Notes under the pieces: generated by a model
The model's input: the letters and a program-made list of their open reading frames with translations, nothing else
Database searches by the model: none
What the model was told of the DNA's origin: nothing
Assembly (NCBI GenBank): GCA_020137815.1
Contig: CM035357.1
Location: 2,666,001-2,730,000, forward strand
DNA: 64,000 nucleotides
Direction: 5' to 3'
Source: Hormiphora californensis
Taxonomy: Eukaryota; Animalia; Ctenophora
Program-made: the position numbers and the translations under genes
Shown here: positions 53,201 through 64,000 of the stretch, in pieces
Position numbering within the stretch: the first letter of the stretch is position 1
How the letters are laid out: every line of letters starts with the position of its first letter

Positions 53201-56200
53201 ATGGCGAGCATACATGACAATAATGATAAATATTATTGTTATATTATCAAACCCTTCTTTACACAGTCTAGCTATAAGGCAAGAATATTACTAGCAACAA
53301 CATTTTAATCAGGTACCACGCAACATTTGATAGTAGAAGATGACTACGGAAGGGATATAGAGTTTGTGAAGTTTCCAACAATCACTATCTGTCCAACGAA
53401 CATCATGAAACGAAGGTGTAGTATAATTTAGAAGTTAAAAACTCAATTTTAGCTACCAAGCTTCAATTCTCTCTTGGTTCTAAAGTCCGATTTTTAATAA
53501 TGTGAACGGGGGGCGCGCAAAAAACTTTCCCACGCACCGTGGGAAAGTTTTTTTCCATTTGTTCCGATCATATCTCTGGCTCCTGATAAGATAAAGACTT
53601 GATCTTGGTTGCATTGAAAAGGTCTTAAAATTGTCTTTCCGATACTTCCGGGATCAAGTCTTAAGATTGTCAGGAACAGAATTTAGCACGCGCAAATGGA
53701 ATTAAGTGGAATTAAGTGCGCGCCCCCCGTTCACATTATTAAAAATCGGACTTTACTTGTGTTTTGATTTATATAGTTTGATTCTAATATTGACCCCTCA
53801 ATTAACCACTTTAATTATAGTTACGTTGAGAAAGATAAGAACATCTCGGCGTTGTGGGACTTGTTATCACAAGTGAAAATTATGGATCCTTCATTCGTGG
53901 CGAACGTCATCAAAAACAGTACAAAATGGGTAGAAGGATATCAAAGGCATTATCGTGTAAACTTTGACGATTTACGGAATATGACCTTGAAGGCAAGTGG
54001 TATTTCTTTGTTATGTTCTAACCCTCCTTTACATTTGTAAGGCAAGTGGTAATTCTAACAAAGATGATTGTAGTATTAGAAATTATGTTAAATCAAGCAA
54101 CGGTATCAGTAAGGAGCCGCGTTTAGCACATAAAATATTGTTTTCGAATACCGTACAAGTATCACCATGTAATTTATGCGTTTACACTGTTTAACAGTGA
54201 ATTACTTTTGATAGGAGCTGTTCGACAATGGGGGACCAGATGACGACAGATTGCTACACTGTCTACAGAGAAACGTTGAGTGTGAGGAACTATCAGACTA
54301 CCCTTACTTCGTACGAGAAACAACATCAAACGGTGAGGGGTTGTCATGGTGACAGCATGAAATGGTGAGGGGTTGTCATGGTGACAGCATCACATAGTGA
54401 GGGGGTTGCCATGGTGACAACATCAAATGGTGAGGGGGTTGCCATGGTGACAACATCAAATGGTGAGGGGGTTGCCATGGTGACAAAATCAAATGAAGAG
54501 GTGGTTGCTATGGTGACAAAATCAAATGAAGAGGTGGTTGCTATGGTGACATTGGTGCATTACATTATACGTGCTCTAAGAGATAAAAGATCCAACCTCG
54601 ATGACAATTTGTTTTACAGGAAAGTGCTGGAGAATAAACCCCGCGGGAAGTTGGTACGGTAAGACGGGGGAATGGGGCGAAATGAAACTAATGTTCTTTG
54701 CAGATATGCAGGATTACACGAGCGGGTTAGTGTTGTTCGACCCTCTCTCTCTCTCTCTCTCTCTCTCCCTCCGATGAGGAGGGTTAGAAAATAACAAGGG
54801 TCAGTGTAGGACTTTTTAGGAATCATGAAATATCCAAATACTCCAAATCTAACTGTGTTTTCAAATACTCCAAATCTAACTAAGCTATAATTTAGATATC
54901 TCTTGCATCATTATGGGTTAACATGGTAACTGCACCATTATATTTCCAGGGATTCAAACTATGGTTACACCGTCAAGTTTCATGATAACGAGTACTACTG
55001 GGACGGAATAACAGGCTCTCACTTTATGAGCCCGGGATTCTTTTACAAGGTACATGATCGGACCCCGATATACCGGGCAAAATGGGGCAAAACCCTCCTC
55101 GAGCATCCCGGTAAATCGGGGTCCAACTGTAACACACTTGATCTACCGAACCCTCAGAGAGCCAAATAATAAAAAATATCCATCCAGGTTGATTTGGGCC
55201 TGAAAAAGACGAAATTGATACCAAAGCCAATTGGGAACTGTGATGAAAACCTTCGTAACTCAACCTATGGGAAACACACAGAGGAAAGTTGCATTCAGGA
55301 ATGTGAGGACAGGTATAGTTGTTGTGGAATTGGTGGTAACCAAGTTGGTAACCAAGTTGGTAACTGCACATTGGTGACCGATTGTTTTGTTCAAACCCGT
55401 TTTATTTCTTCCCGTGTGGGGGCGTGCGGGGAAACAGGGTCGAGCAAGGCATGGTAACCAACACTTCCTCCCTATACACAGATACATGAACCGGACATGT
55501 GGGTGTGTAGATCTCGTTCCCCCTCACAACACCCCCGGCTACACAGCCTGTACCCTGGGACAATGGATTGATTGTGGCTTCAAGGAGATTGTAAAGTTTC
55601 GGATGAAACTAAAGGACCCGTATAACCGACTGAGGGGTGATGTGGATGTGGAGGAAGATGTGGGGTGTTCGTGTAGCCACCCTTGTGAAGTTGTACAGTG
55701 AGTTTTACACTGTAATTAGGGCATAATTAGGGGATGATCAGTAATAAGGGAGTCTTACTGTACATGAATTTCATTTGGTTGTTACCATGGGCATGAACCC
55801 CGTTAGGGGATCCTACACACGAAAGCCAATCACTAAGCTAGTGTGATACCACCATCTCATTCCTCTCATATAACGTTATCCTATTCCTAGGTACGATGTT
55901 AAGTTATTATCGACATCCGCCCTATCACCAATATGGGCAGACAAGCTGAGTAAGGACAGAGTCATCAGAGGTATACGATGCCAATTACGAATCTATGACT
56001 ACATTTTTTGCAACGCTAAACGAATTTAAAGTTCACATTGTTGTTGATTTAACACCCAATCTATTTGATATGACATCCAATCTAACACACATTTTTGCAG
56101 AGATAATATCCAACTTTTCCCAACCGGAGTTTAACATACACTACAATGCGTCTGTGGATATCGTCAAAAATATTATGCTCTTGGACGTGGCGTTTCAAAC

Positions 56201-57680
56201 AGTGTTCACCACGGAACAAATCCAGGTATATCTATACAGTTTATTGATTTAGTGCCAGTACTATAACAGTCGGGCCCCAAAGGGGTTTCCTCGGTAAATC
56301 GGGATCCGACTTTACTGTTGTTTATCATTCAGGTAAGGTTTCAGAGCTATATCCTTAGTTTTTTTAATGATTTTATTGTTTAACTGAATTACTCATCAGG
56401 TGATCACCTACCAGTACTCAAACCTTCTGGGTGACATAGGAGGAGTACTTGGACTCTTCCTCGGGGCCAGTTTATTTTCTATTTTAGAATTTGCACAGTT
56501 TACACTAACAGCACTTCACAGACAATTCTTTGACAACGGAGTCCAAAGAGTCCGGTCTACAACTTCAGTCTCGGAAGAGAGCGAAGAGGTGGAAAAGATA
56601 ACTATTGGTCATGCGGGAAATAATACCAGTGTTTTGTAATATATTGTTGTGTAAATGCATTGTTTTTGAAAAACTAAAACCCAGTATTTTTCTTCCCAAT
56701 TAAGTTAGTATTATAGTACCTATCTGTGCGTGCGGGAAGTGGGGGAGGTGGTGGGTGGAAGACAGGGGTATATACCTATCTGTACGTGCGGGAAGTGGGG
56801 GAGGTGGTGGGTGGAACACAGGGGTATATACCTATCTGTACGTGCGGGAAGTGGGGGAGGTGGTGGGTGGAAGACCGGAGGCTCTACTACATCATCAAAT
56901 ATGGATCGGTGTGATGCTCCAAAGTTGGACACGGGAGATATAGCCCGTGATGTCAGTGTTCTGTCAGTTGTCTCATCGTCCGAAGGGGACTGGGTCTGTC
57001 TGATCATGTTTAGGTAGGTCTCGTCGGGTTGTAGGGGACGTCGCAACCTGTATGTGTCGGTCTGTCAGTCTGTCGGGTATAATATTGTAATGTCCAATAA
57101 ATATAGTCAAGGGGGATGGGCATTGGGCAAGACCAGAACAATCCAGGGATATTTTGGTTTAGTTTGGCTTTTTGACAGCTTGTCCAGCCCTCCAAAGATC
57201 TTCATTTACCAGATAAACAAAACTTACTCAGAGCATTGCAACCTCACCCTATTCTCGGGTCGCGAGAGAACAGCGGTCAGAGCATATAATTTAACATAAC
57301 AAAACTCACTCGGAGGAAGAATCGGAGAGCATCTTAAGATCATCAACATTATCATAAACATCATCCTCCTCCTCTTCCTCCTCACTGACGTCATCACCAA
57401 ACCGTGGACCTGGCACCTCGCCAGGTTTGAGAGTCCACCACTCACCGCTCAGGGTTCTGTCCTTGTCCGGTATACCTCCCTTGTCGGGCGCTGCAATGGA
57501 GGGAGAAGTTTATTCTCCCGGTAAATCGAGGTTCCGGTAAATCTGGGTCCGACTCTACTCACCATTTGCCCATTGCTCCAAGTTGGCAGGGGGTCCATCA
57601 TCACCACCTCGTTTCATAGTCCACCATTCTCTGCTTAGTGTCTCATCACCGGCCCCGTCCATCGCCCGTGTTTCTGCTCC
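44221..57680 (-). CDS. Adaptor protein with Pro/Ser-rich linker and C-terminal tandem SH3 domains; 5' end not located
   Basis: Exons ~57563-57679, 57308-57491 (EEEEDDVYDNV), ~56835-57047 (PPPPPLPAR), 49307-49503 (PPLAPPKPP), 46931-47080, 45774-45905 (VALYEYQDEDEKDD...ILEETNPDWHK), 44457-44592 (GVCQGKTGFYPSNYL...LQAVYDYAATQPDEMSITAGQ; one extra G) and 44221-44331 (DLGNGWVYG...RGLVPLTYVKEL..*). Confidence 0.82.
45589..45760. mobile_element. Tc1/pogo-like MITE (TIR CAGTCGGACCCCGATTTACCGG), best copy of a dispersed family
   Basis: Other copies or fragments at ~719-778, 4330-4356, 16590-16628, 52430-52503, 53093-53125, 55050-55130, 56265-56312 and 57515-57557. Confidence 0.85.
46668..46905. repeat. 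Intronic minisatellite built from CCATGGYAAC (X-box-like) units
   Basis: ACACCATGGCAAC and ACACCATGGTAAC repeated in a ~87-bp higher-order unit. Confidence 0.9.
47514..49270. mobile_element. Foldback element: near-perfect ~1.75-kb palindrome with subterminal (A)nGTGAAGTG arrays and 6-bp TSD CTGGTC
   Basis: CTGGTC|TATGGTGCTCCAAATGGCTCATG...CATGAGCCATTTGGAGCACCATA|CTGGTC; centre ~48355-48375; mirrored ORFs 47550-47924(-) and 48808-49215(+). Confidence 0.95.
49605..49941. mobile_element. Partial copy of the 42786-type Mutator-like MITE
   Basis: Ends GGTGTCTATGTTACCAA and shares internal sequence with 42786-43340. Confidence 0.8.
50762..51919. mobile_element. Non-autonomous DNA transposon with ~450-bp TIRs, TAG termini and 3-bp TSD (TTA)
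   Basis: TTA|TAGTCAGGGCATATGATG...CATCATATGCCCTGACTA|TTA, with an internal ~160-bp repeat in each arm. Confidence 0.92.
52745..56639 (+). CDS. DEG/ENaC (ASIC-like) channel subunit, ~12 exons, nested antisense in an SH3-gene intron
   Basis: FADFTTAHG (HG motif), TM1, FPTITICPTN, GKCWRINP, YGYTVKFH...MSPGF, Cys-rich thumb (C..SCIQEC...CGCV...C.CSHPC) and TM2 LLGDIGGVLGLFLGASLFSILEF. Exon phases are consistent if one GC-AG intron is used at 53993. Confidence 0.93.
53481..53755. mobile_element. MITE with ~38-bp perfect TIRs
   Basis: TAAAGTCCGATTTTTAATAATGTGAACGGGGGGCGCGCA...TGCGCGCCCCCCGTTCACATTATTAAAAATCGGACTTTA. Confidence 0.88.
54319..54550. repeat. 30-bp array duplicating an ENaC exon end and GTGAG donor, with an X-box-like motif
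   Basis: Unit ACAACATCAAATG|GTGAGGGGGTTGCCATGGTG, ~7 decaying copies. Confidence 0.9.
56718..56875. repeat. ~57-bp array (3 copies) duplicating an exon end and donor of the SH3 gene
   Basis: Minus-strand unit ...CCACCTCCCCCACTTCCCGCACGTACAGATAG|GTAT. Confidence 0.85.
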
Positions 57681-60600
57681 TGTAGGGGGAGGGATGTTAT
57701 TGGAAATTATCTGATAGTAATGTTGTCTGATAGAAATGTGGTCAGCTATATCACAACGTAGATACATTCTCCCATTCCCTGCTGGAGATTCATTCGAGCA
57801 AAAGATGACGTCATACAAGTACACAAATTGAAGTTCTGTCACTAGTTAGTGTCACAATTGTTGTGCAAAGGGGCCGTTATTACTTTACAAAACATCATTT
57901 TACTCTCAAATCAACTGAGAACAGGTTTTCCTAGGATGATAGTCGTCTAAAGATTAATTATTATCTTCTTATTCGGACTACTGCCTGGTAATGCGCTAGT
58001 GTAGTAGTGTATTCGGTATGATACCAACGTATCGGCCTTGCTCGACCCTCTTTCACCGCAAAATTTTCATGGTCTATGAAGTTAACATGCAAGATCGACA
58101 ATGCATACGTAAACATTGAACATTGCAACAAACACCGGATCACTACAGAAGTACATAGTAGTACTTATAATTCGCCTTTCAGATCACTACACGAGCAATT
58201 GTCACATTGCCACATAATTGTCACACATGTACATTGTCACACATTGTCCCACATGTATATCCATACCCTCTAGACACTCGTATATACTCTCCTCCTCTAC
58301 CTGGAAACCCTCTGATACTGGTATATCTCCCTGCATATCTGTATGTTGTTGATTGTTTAATTAAGTGGATTATTTGTTTAATTCTAAAGTGGATTATCAT
58401 AGCGCTGGCAAGCGCCCGGGGCCCAATCCTCCCTCCCCCCAACCATCCTTCCCTAAAAATGTCCATTTTCCAAGCATTCTTGCTTCCATTGAATGGAAAA
58501 TCGAAATTGCGAAAAAAAAATTTTTGAATTTTTTGAAAATTTTTGAATTTTTTGACAGCGCTACTATACTTATTGTCTGAAATCGGCAATTTCAACTTTG
58601 TTTTAGACAACCTTCCCGTTGTCCTACGAACTTGTCGCTTGGTAGTTCGTGTTGCCTTGACACCTAGAGCACACGTTAAAAAATTCATGCAAATCGGAGT
58701 TACGGTTTTTACGTTACAGAGGGTCGTATTTTAGACAAAATGTCCGTTTTTCGCGTCACGAACGACCGTAAAATAACCACTTTTTTGCGTACACAATAGA
58801 GGCCACAGTTTTAAAGCTATCACCATGAAACTTTGGGAGTCGGTAGGTCTAGTGGTGTACCTTGTATTAAAGCTTGGACAGAGAAAACGGATAGTCATGA
58901 CAAAAGTTATGACTGTCTTAAGTTTTCTTTGGCGTTTAAAACGGTCTTCCCGTCGTTCTACAAATACGCCACTTGGTACGCGGTGTTGCCTTGACATCTT
59001 GAACACACGTTCAAAATTTCAAGCAAATCCGAGTTGCGGTTCGTCAGTTACGGGCATCTGACTGTATTAAGATTTAAGACGATATTCAAAAAAACCTAGA
59101 AAAGAGCAAATTAAACTACAAATCATGATTTTATCATATATATTTTGCCAACGTATGTCAACTGCTGTATTTTCAGGTATAATTCTGCCCCTTTTTTTTA
59201 GAATGAAGTATTTGCAATTTTGGCGATTTTGAGTTATTTATACCATCTTGATCAGGAGAAAAAGATCTACAAGATGGGCTAAGTCTCGTGTCTCAATCTT
59301 CAAAAAATAGAGTGAAGTGTTTTTTGTGAAGTACTTTTATTTTTGAAAAACTGCAGAAAAGTGAAGCAAATGGCAATTGCTTCGCTAATATAATTCGGAA
59401 ATAAATACTGCTTCGTTAAACTTTTCTACCATAGAAGTAATAACCGCAGAAAAATTTGCTTCAGTTGTTTGCTTCATTTAAAAAATTCTATTGAAATACT
59501 TCAATCAGCTGCAGATTTTGTTTGAAGTATTGTCCACTCAGAAGATACTTCACTTCATTTACTTCAATTTGAAAATGCTTCATAAATCAGTTGCAGATTT
59601 TGTTTGAAGTATTTTCAAATCAGAAGATACTTCACTTCATTTACTTCAATTTGAAAATGCTTCATAAATCTGTGGAATTCAAATGCTTCTTGTCGCATCC
59701 AGAAAAAATACTTCATAACTTAAGAATACTTCATTTTTTATTATAATATGTGCCATTTATAACACAAGTCCGGCCAAATGAAGTAATTTCCAAGATTTGT
59801 TCTTTGCTGCAGCATCATCATGATGAAGGTCGAACGGAGGCGATCCCTATAATAATTATTCTATTCTGAGTAATTATAATTATCGTTCACATCTCGAATT
59901 ACTCATCCTCACCGTCACAACTACGTCACTCCAATCTCATTCTTCGAACTTAGAACCCCACATTCAAAGGTAGCATTATGTTCCAGTACCGTACTGTCGT
60001 AACGACACAACACAACCAGTTGTTAGGTAACTCAACAAGTGGAGAAGAGATGTCTGGGGGCCGGGGTGATCATGATTCTGGGATTATCTCTATGTAAGAG
60101 TGTCACTCTGAGACAAAGAGAGAGAGACACCACAAACAGTGTTGTCAAACACTGACCTCATAAGGTTTTATAAGTTATTGCCCTAGCGTTTGGTTTCAAA
60201 TTTACATCATTCCGAAAGGCTAGGGGGCCAGCTGCAGCTGGTTTGAAAACTCAACCTGTCTGGAGTTCAAATAGTAGCTAACGGACATCCGTGTGTATCG
60301 TATCATGCTGCAGCGGTACAATGTTTCTGTCACTCTCAGACATTTGTTGTAAAATAGTAAAAAATATAGGGTAAGCCATTTCTCCCACCACACGCAGCTG
60401 CTGCTTAGTTAGCCACCATGTACATTGAATGTATACCCGTTTCGTTTTGTCTCTCCTATTGCAATTACAATAAACCGTTTTTATTATGATAATAATTATT
60501 GTTATCAGGACGTGATTTAAAAGCACGTTACCCTGTTTTTGATGAAACTTCGGAGCCACGAGGGTTAATTGACTATGACTATGACTATGACTATGACTAT

Positions 60601-60771
60601 GACTATGACTATGACTATGGTCTGTCATGGTCTGTCATGGTCTGTCATGGTCTGTCATGCTATAGAGATATCGATAAAGAAAGAGTAAAAAGTAAGAGAA
60701 AGAGTGAGACAAATTTGATAAAAAGATAGAGAAAAAATAGAGTTAAAAGTGACAGAGTCAAAAATACTTTT

Positions 60772-60844
60772 ACAAATACCGGGGACTCGAACCCGGAACC
60801 TCGAGGCTTATACGACAATGCCCTAACCACTACACCATCTCCGC
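60772..60844 (-). mobile_element. tRNA-derived SINE head or tRNA pseudogene
   Basis: Minus strand has A-box TGGTGTAGTGG and B-box GGTTCGAGTCC with a T-stem; anticodon and acceptor stems pair poorly. Confidence 0.65.
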
Positions 60845-60948
60845 TTGTGAATATTTGCAATCTAACCCCCTATATAATGTTTTTGCTGAACCTGCCAGGG
60901 ACTAGGGAGAAAGATCGAGAGAAACAAGAAGGAGAGAGAAACAAGAAG

Positions 60949-61052
<104 letters not shown>

Positions 61053-61121
61053 AGCTGCTGATTTCCCGCCCGTTTTTTGTTGAAGTATTTGCAGCCGCAT
61101 ATTCCCCGGGAATTTCCCGAA

Positions 61122-61670
61122 CGACCTGGGGAAGGGGGTGAGTTAGGAGGCAGGATGACCTAGGGAAGGGGGGTGAGTTAGGGGTCAGGATGACCTAGGG
61201 AAGGGGGTGAGTAAGAAGGCAGGATAACCTGGGGAAGGGGGGTGAGTTAGGGGTCAGGATAACCTAGGGAAGGGGGTGAGTTAGGGGTCAGGATAACCTA
61301 GGGAAGGGGGGTGAGTTAGGGGTCAGGATGACCTGGGGAAGGGGGGTGAGTTAGGAGGCAGGATAACCTAGGGAAGGGGGTGAGTTAGGAGGCAGGATGA
61401 CCTGGGGAAGGGGGGTGAGTTAGGGGTCAGGATAACCTGGGGAAGGGGGGTGAGTTAGGAGGCAGGATGACCTGGGGAAGGGGGGTGAGTTAGGAGGCAG
61501 GATGACCTGGGGAAGGGGGGTGAGTTAGGGGTCAGGATAACCTAGGGAAGGGGTGGCCTAGGGAAGGGGGTGAGTTAGGAGGCAGGATGACCTGGGGAAG
61601 GGGGGTGAGTTAGGGGTCAGGATAACCTAGGGAAGGGGGGTGAGTTAGGGGTCAGGATAACCTAGGGAAG
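61122..61670. repeat. G-rich ~33-bp minisatellite (GGGGGTGAGTTAGGGGTCAGGATRACCTRGGGAA), left part
   Basis: About 16 copies; continues on the far side of the LINE. Confidence 0.95.
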
Positions 61671-63715
61671 GTTACTTACTTTGGTTACTTTGAGAGTTTT
61701 AGTAGATCCTCTAGATCCACTAGGCCATCCTTTGCATAGAACCACCCATACGCCACCAATCAAGTAAGGAATTATTGTTTGCTGCAGTATAACCATCGAT
61801 AGGTGGACGATCAGGAATTGTATCGAGGTGTCTTTGGAGTGCAGTCTTGAACGATGTTAGAGGATACGCTAATGTAACACGTGCAGGTAGAGTGTTCCAT
61901 AGCTTAGGAGCCTTCACCGAGAAGCTGTTTTCGTAAAGCGTACGAGAGTGTTTAGTAGAAGTGTTACGATCAGGAGGAGGGGGATACACCGCACGGATGC
62001 CTCTTGGAGAGGTTGGATTGAACTTTATGGAGCCAGGAGCTAGGCCGTGAAGAATCTTCCAGCAATGGATAATTGAGTAACGCTCTCGACGTCTCTGCAA
62101 GGACATTATACCAAGGTTCGAAAGCCGATCCCAGTAGTCGGTACCAGCTGATTCAATTTTGGCAACGAAGGAGCGCTGAACACTTTCAAGAGTCCTAATG
62201 TCTGCAAGGGTGTAAGGATCCCAGAGAGGACACACATATTCTAAGTGGCTTCTGACGAGGGTTTTGTAGAGGGTAAGCATGGTTGTCTTATCCCTGGCCC
62301 GGAAAACACTAAGAGCCCAGCTTGCCATCTTCTTGCCCTGGCTAGCCAGATTGGATATATGTTGAGAACCTGAAAGGCCGGAGTGAACAGTGAAACCCAG
62401 GTCCTTGACAAATTCCTTCTCCTCTAACTGGCCATCATCAGGGAGGACGTACTTCCTAAAATTTTCTATGAAAGGGAGATGACGAAGGAGTGACCGATGT
62501 TCATTGAAGGGCTCAGAGATAAGTAGATCGAATTTATTCGGGTGAAGTTTCATGTTGTTGAAAGAGGACCATGTTAAAGTAGCATCGAGGTCCTCCTGAA
62601 GATCCAGGACATCCTGTTGGCAAATGATCCTCTTGCTAAGTCGGGTATCGTCAGCAAAGCGACCAACCTTTGAATGAGATACTGCCAAATCCAGGTCGTT
62701 CACAAAAAGGATGAAAAGAATAGGAGCCAGAACGGTCCCTTGGGGAACACCGCTGATGATAGTAATAGGTCTGGAACTAGCTCCTTGGACAGTAACAGTT
62801 TGTGTTCGACCGGAAAGAAATGATGATACCCAGTCAACAATTAATGGTGGGAATCCATAAGCATGGAGTTTCTTCAGTAGAAGGTTATGGTCTATGGAAT
62901 CAAAAGCTTTCTGATAGTCCAAGTAAATGGTGTCTGTAGCTACACCTTCTATAAGACCATCTATAACATCACCTAGATGGTCCAGCAGTTGTGTCAGACA
63001 ACTTTTCCCACTACGGAAACCGTGCTGGTTAGGGGAAAGCAGGTTGTTATTCTCGACATAGTCAACAAAATGCTTCCTGACGACCCTTTCAAAGCATTTG
63101 ACAACATGTGACGTCAAGGAAATAGGCCGATAATTTCCAGGGTCAGATGTGGGACCCTTCTTGTGGAGCGGTAATATAGTTGCCCGTTTGTAGAACATAG
63201 GGACTATTCTTTCTTCAAGTGAACTTTTCCAAATCAATGATAGGGGAGTAGCCAGTTCATTACAACAGTGTTTCAGGAGTATAGCTGGTATACCATCAGG
63301 ACCGGATCCGGAACTAGGTTTCAGGTCTTTGAGGACAGAGATGATATCTGCATGAATGTCAGTCTGTAACATGTCGGGGAAAGGGAACTGAGGTACTGTT
63401 TCCGGGGCAGTCCACTGAAGGCCTTCAGCATTAGGGTCACTGAAGGAGGAAGAGAATTTAGACTGAAGGAGGTCTGCCATAGCCGCAGGGTCAGTGACTG
63501 CAGAGCCATCAGGGTCAAAGAGTAGCTTGATGGATGAATCGAGCCGGTTAAGTGATTTAGCGTAATTAAAGAAAACTTTGGGATTTAGTTTTAAGTTTCC
63601 GATCACCTTCTGTTCACGAGACTCAATTCTGTTCACGATTGCCTGGGCCATTTCTTCCTCTAGGGCAACGAGTTTTCTCTGCGCTGAACTAAGAGCAGCT
63701 GGGTTGGAAGTAGGG
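61671..63715 (-). mobile_element. 5'-truncated CR1-group LINE with an intact RT ORF2 portion (61720-63651)
   Basis: GPDGIP, NYRPISLTS, QHGFR.GKSCLTQLL, YLDYQKAFDSIDH, SGVPQGTVLAPILF, FADDT, KDLG and SLQRRRER. No endonuclease domain. Short GTAAC-type 3' repeats at 61671-61690. Confidence 0.95.
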
Positions 63716-63985
63716 AGGTGAGTTAGGGGTCAGGATGACCTGGGGAAGGGGGTGAGTTAGGGGTCAGGATAACCTGGGGAAGGGGGTGAGTTAGGGGTCA
63801 GGATAACCTGGGGAAGGGGGTGAGTTAGGAGGCAGGATGACCTGGGGAAGGGGGGTGAGTTAGGAGGCAGGATAACCTGGGGAAGGGGGGTGAGTTAGGA
63901 GGCAGGATGACCTGGGGAAGGGGAGTGAGTTAGGAGGCAGGATGACCTAGGGAAGGGGGTGAGTTAGGGGTCAGGATGACCTAGG
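63716..63985. repeat. G-rich ~33-bp minisatellite, right part
   Basis: Same unit as 61122-61670. Confidence 0.95.
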
Positions 63986-64000
63986 GCTGCTGCAGGCTGC

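Noticed and set aside
60772-60844. Functional tRNA gene
   Set aside because: A and B boxes are present but anticodon and acceptor stems do not pair properly.
61122-64000. True telomere
   Set aside because: TTAGGG occurs at most once per ~33-bp unit, not as a pure hexamer array.

Overview
Intron-rich eukaryotic (animal) genomic DNA. The gene content, compact introns and repeat families suggest a ctenophore (Pleurobrachia/Hormiphora-like); this is inference and was not verified. Three closely spaced + strand housekeeping genes start the window: kanadaptin/SLC4A1AP (5'-partial), MRPL4 and PRPF4. PRPF4 is split by a ~26 kb interval holding a near-intronless alpha2delta-like gene (+), an FN3 exon fragment, an LDLa-repeat LGR/GRL101-type GPCR (-) with a long Ser-rich hexapeptide tail, and a solo LINE ORF1. 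Part of that interval is unreliable: ~8.2-14 kb is low-complexity and poor quality, and ~23.9-32 kb is homopolymer-garbled and largely a second-haplotype copy of ~32-41.8 kb. Downstream, a - strand tandem-SH3 adaptor gene carries an intact DEG/ENaC gene in one intron. There are many MITEs and foldback elements with clear TIRs and TSDs, a tRNA-derived SINE head, and a 5'-truncated CR1-type LINE inside a G-rich TTAGGG-containing minisatellite. The most distinctive patterns are (i) tandem arrays that repeatedly copy splice donors, splice acceptors and a stop codon, (ii) pervasive intronic RFX X-box-like palindromes (GTTRCCATGGYAAC), often part of those arrays, and (iii) unpaired AG acceptors just before ATGs in a same-strand gene cluster, suggesting trans-splicing or an operon-like unit. 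All gene models were read by eye; exon coordinates may be off by a few bases.
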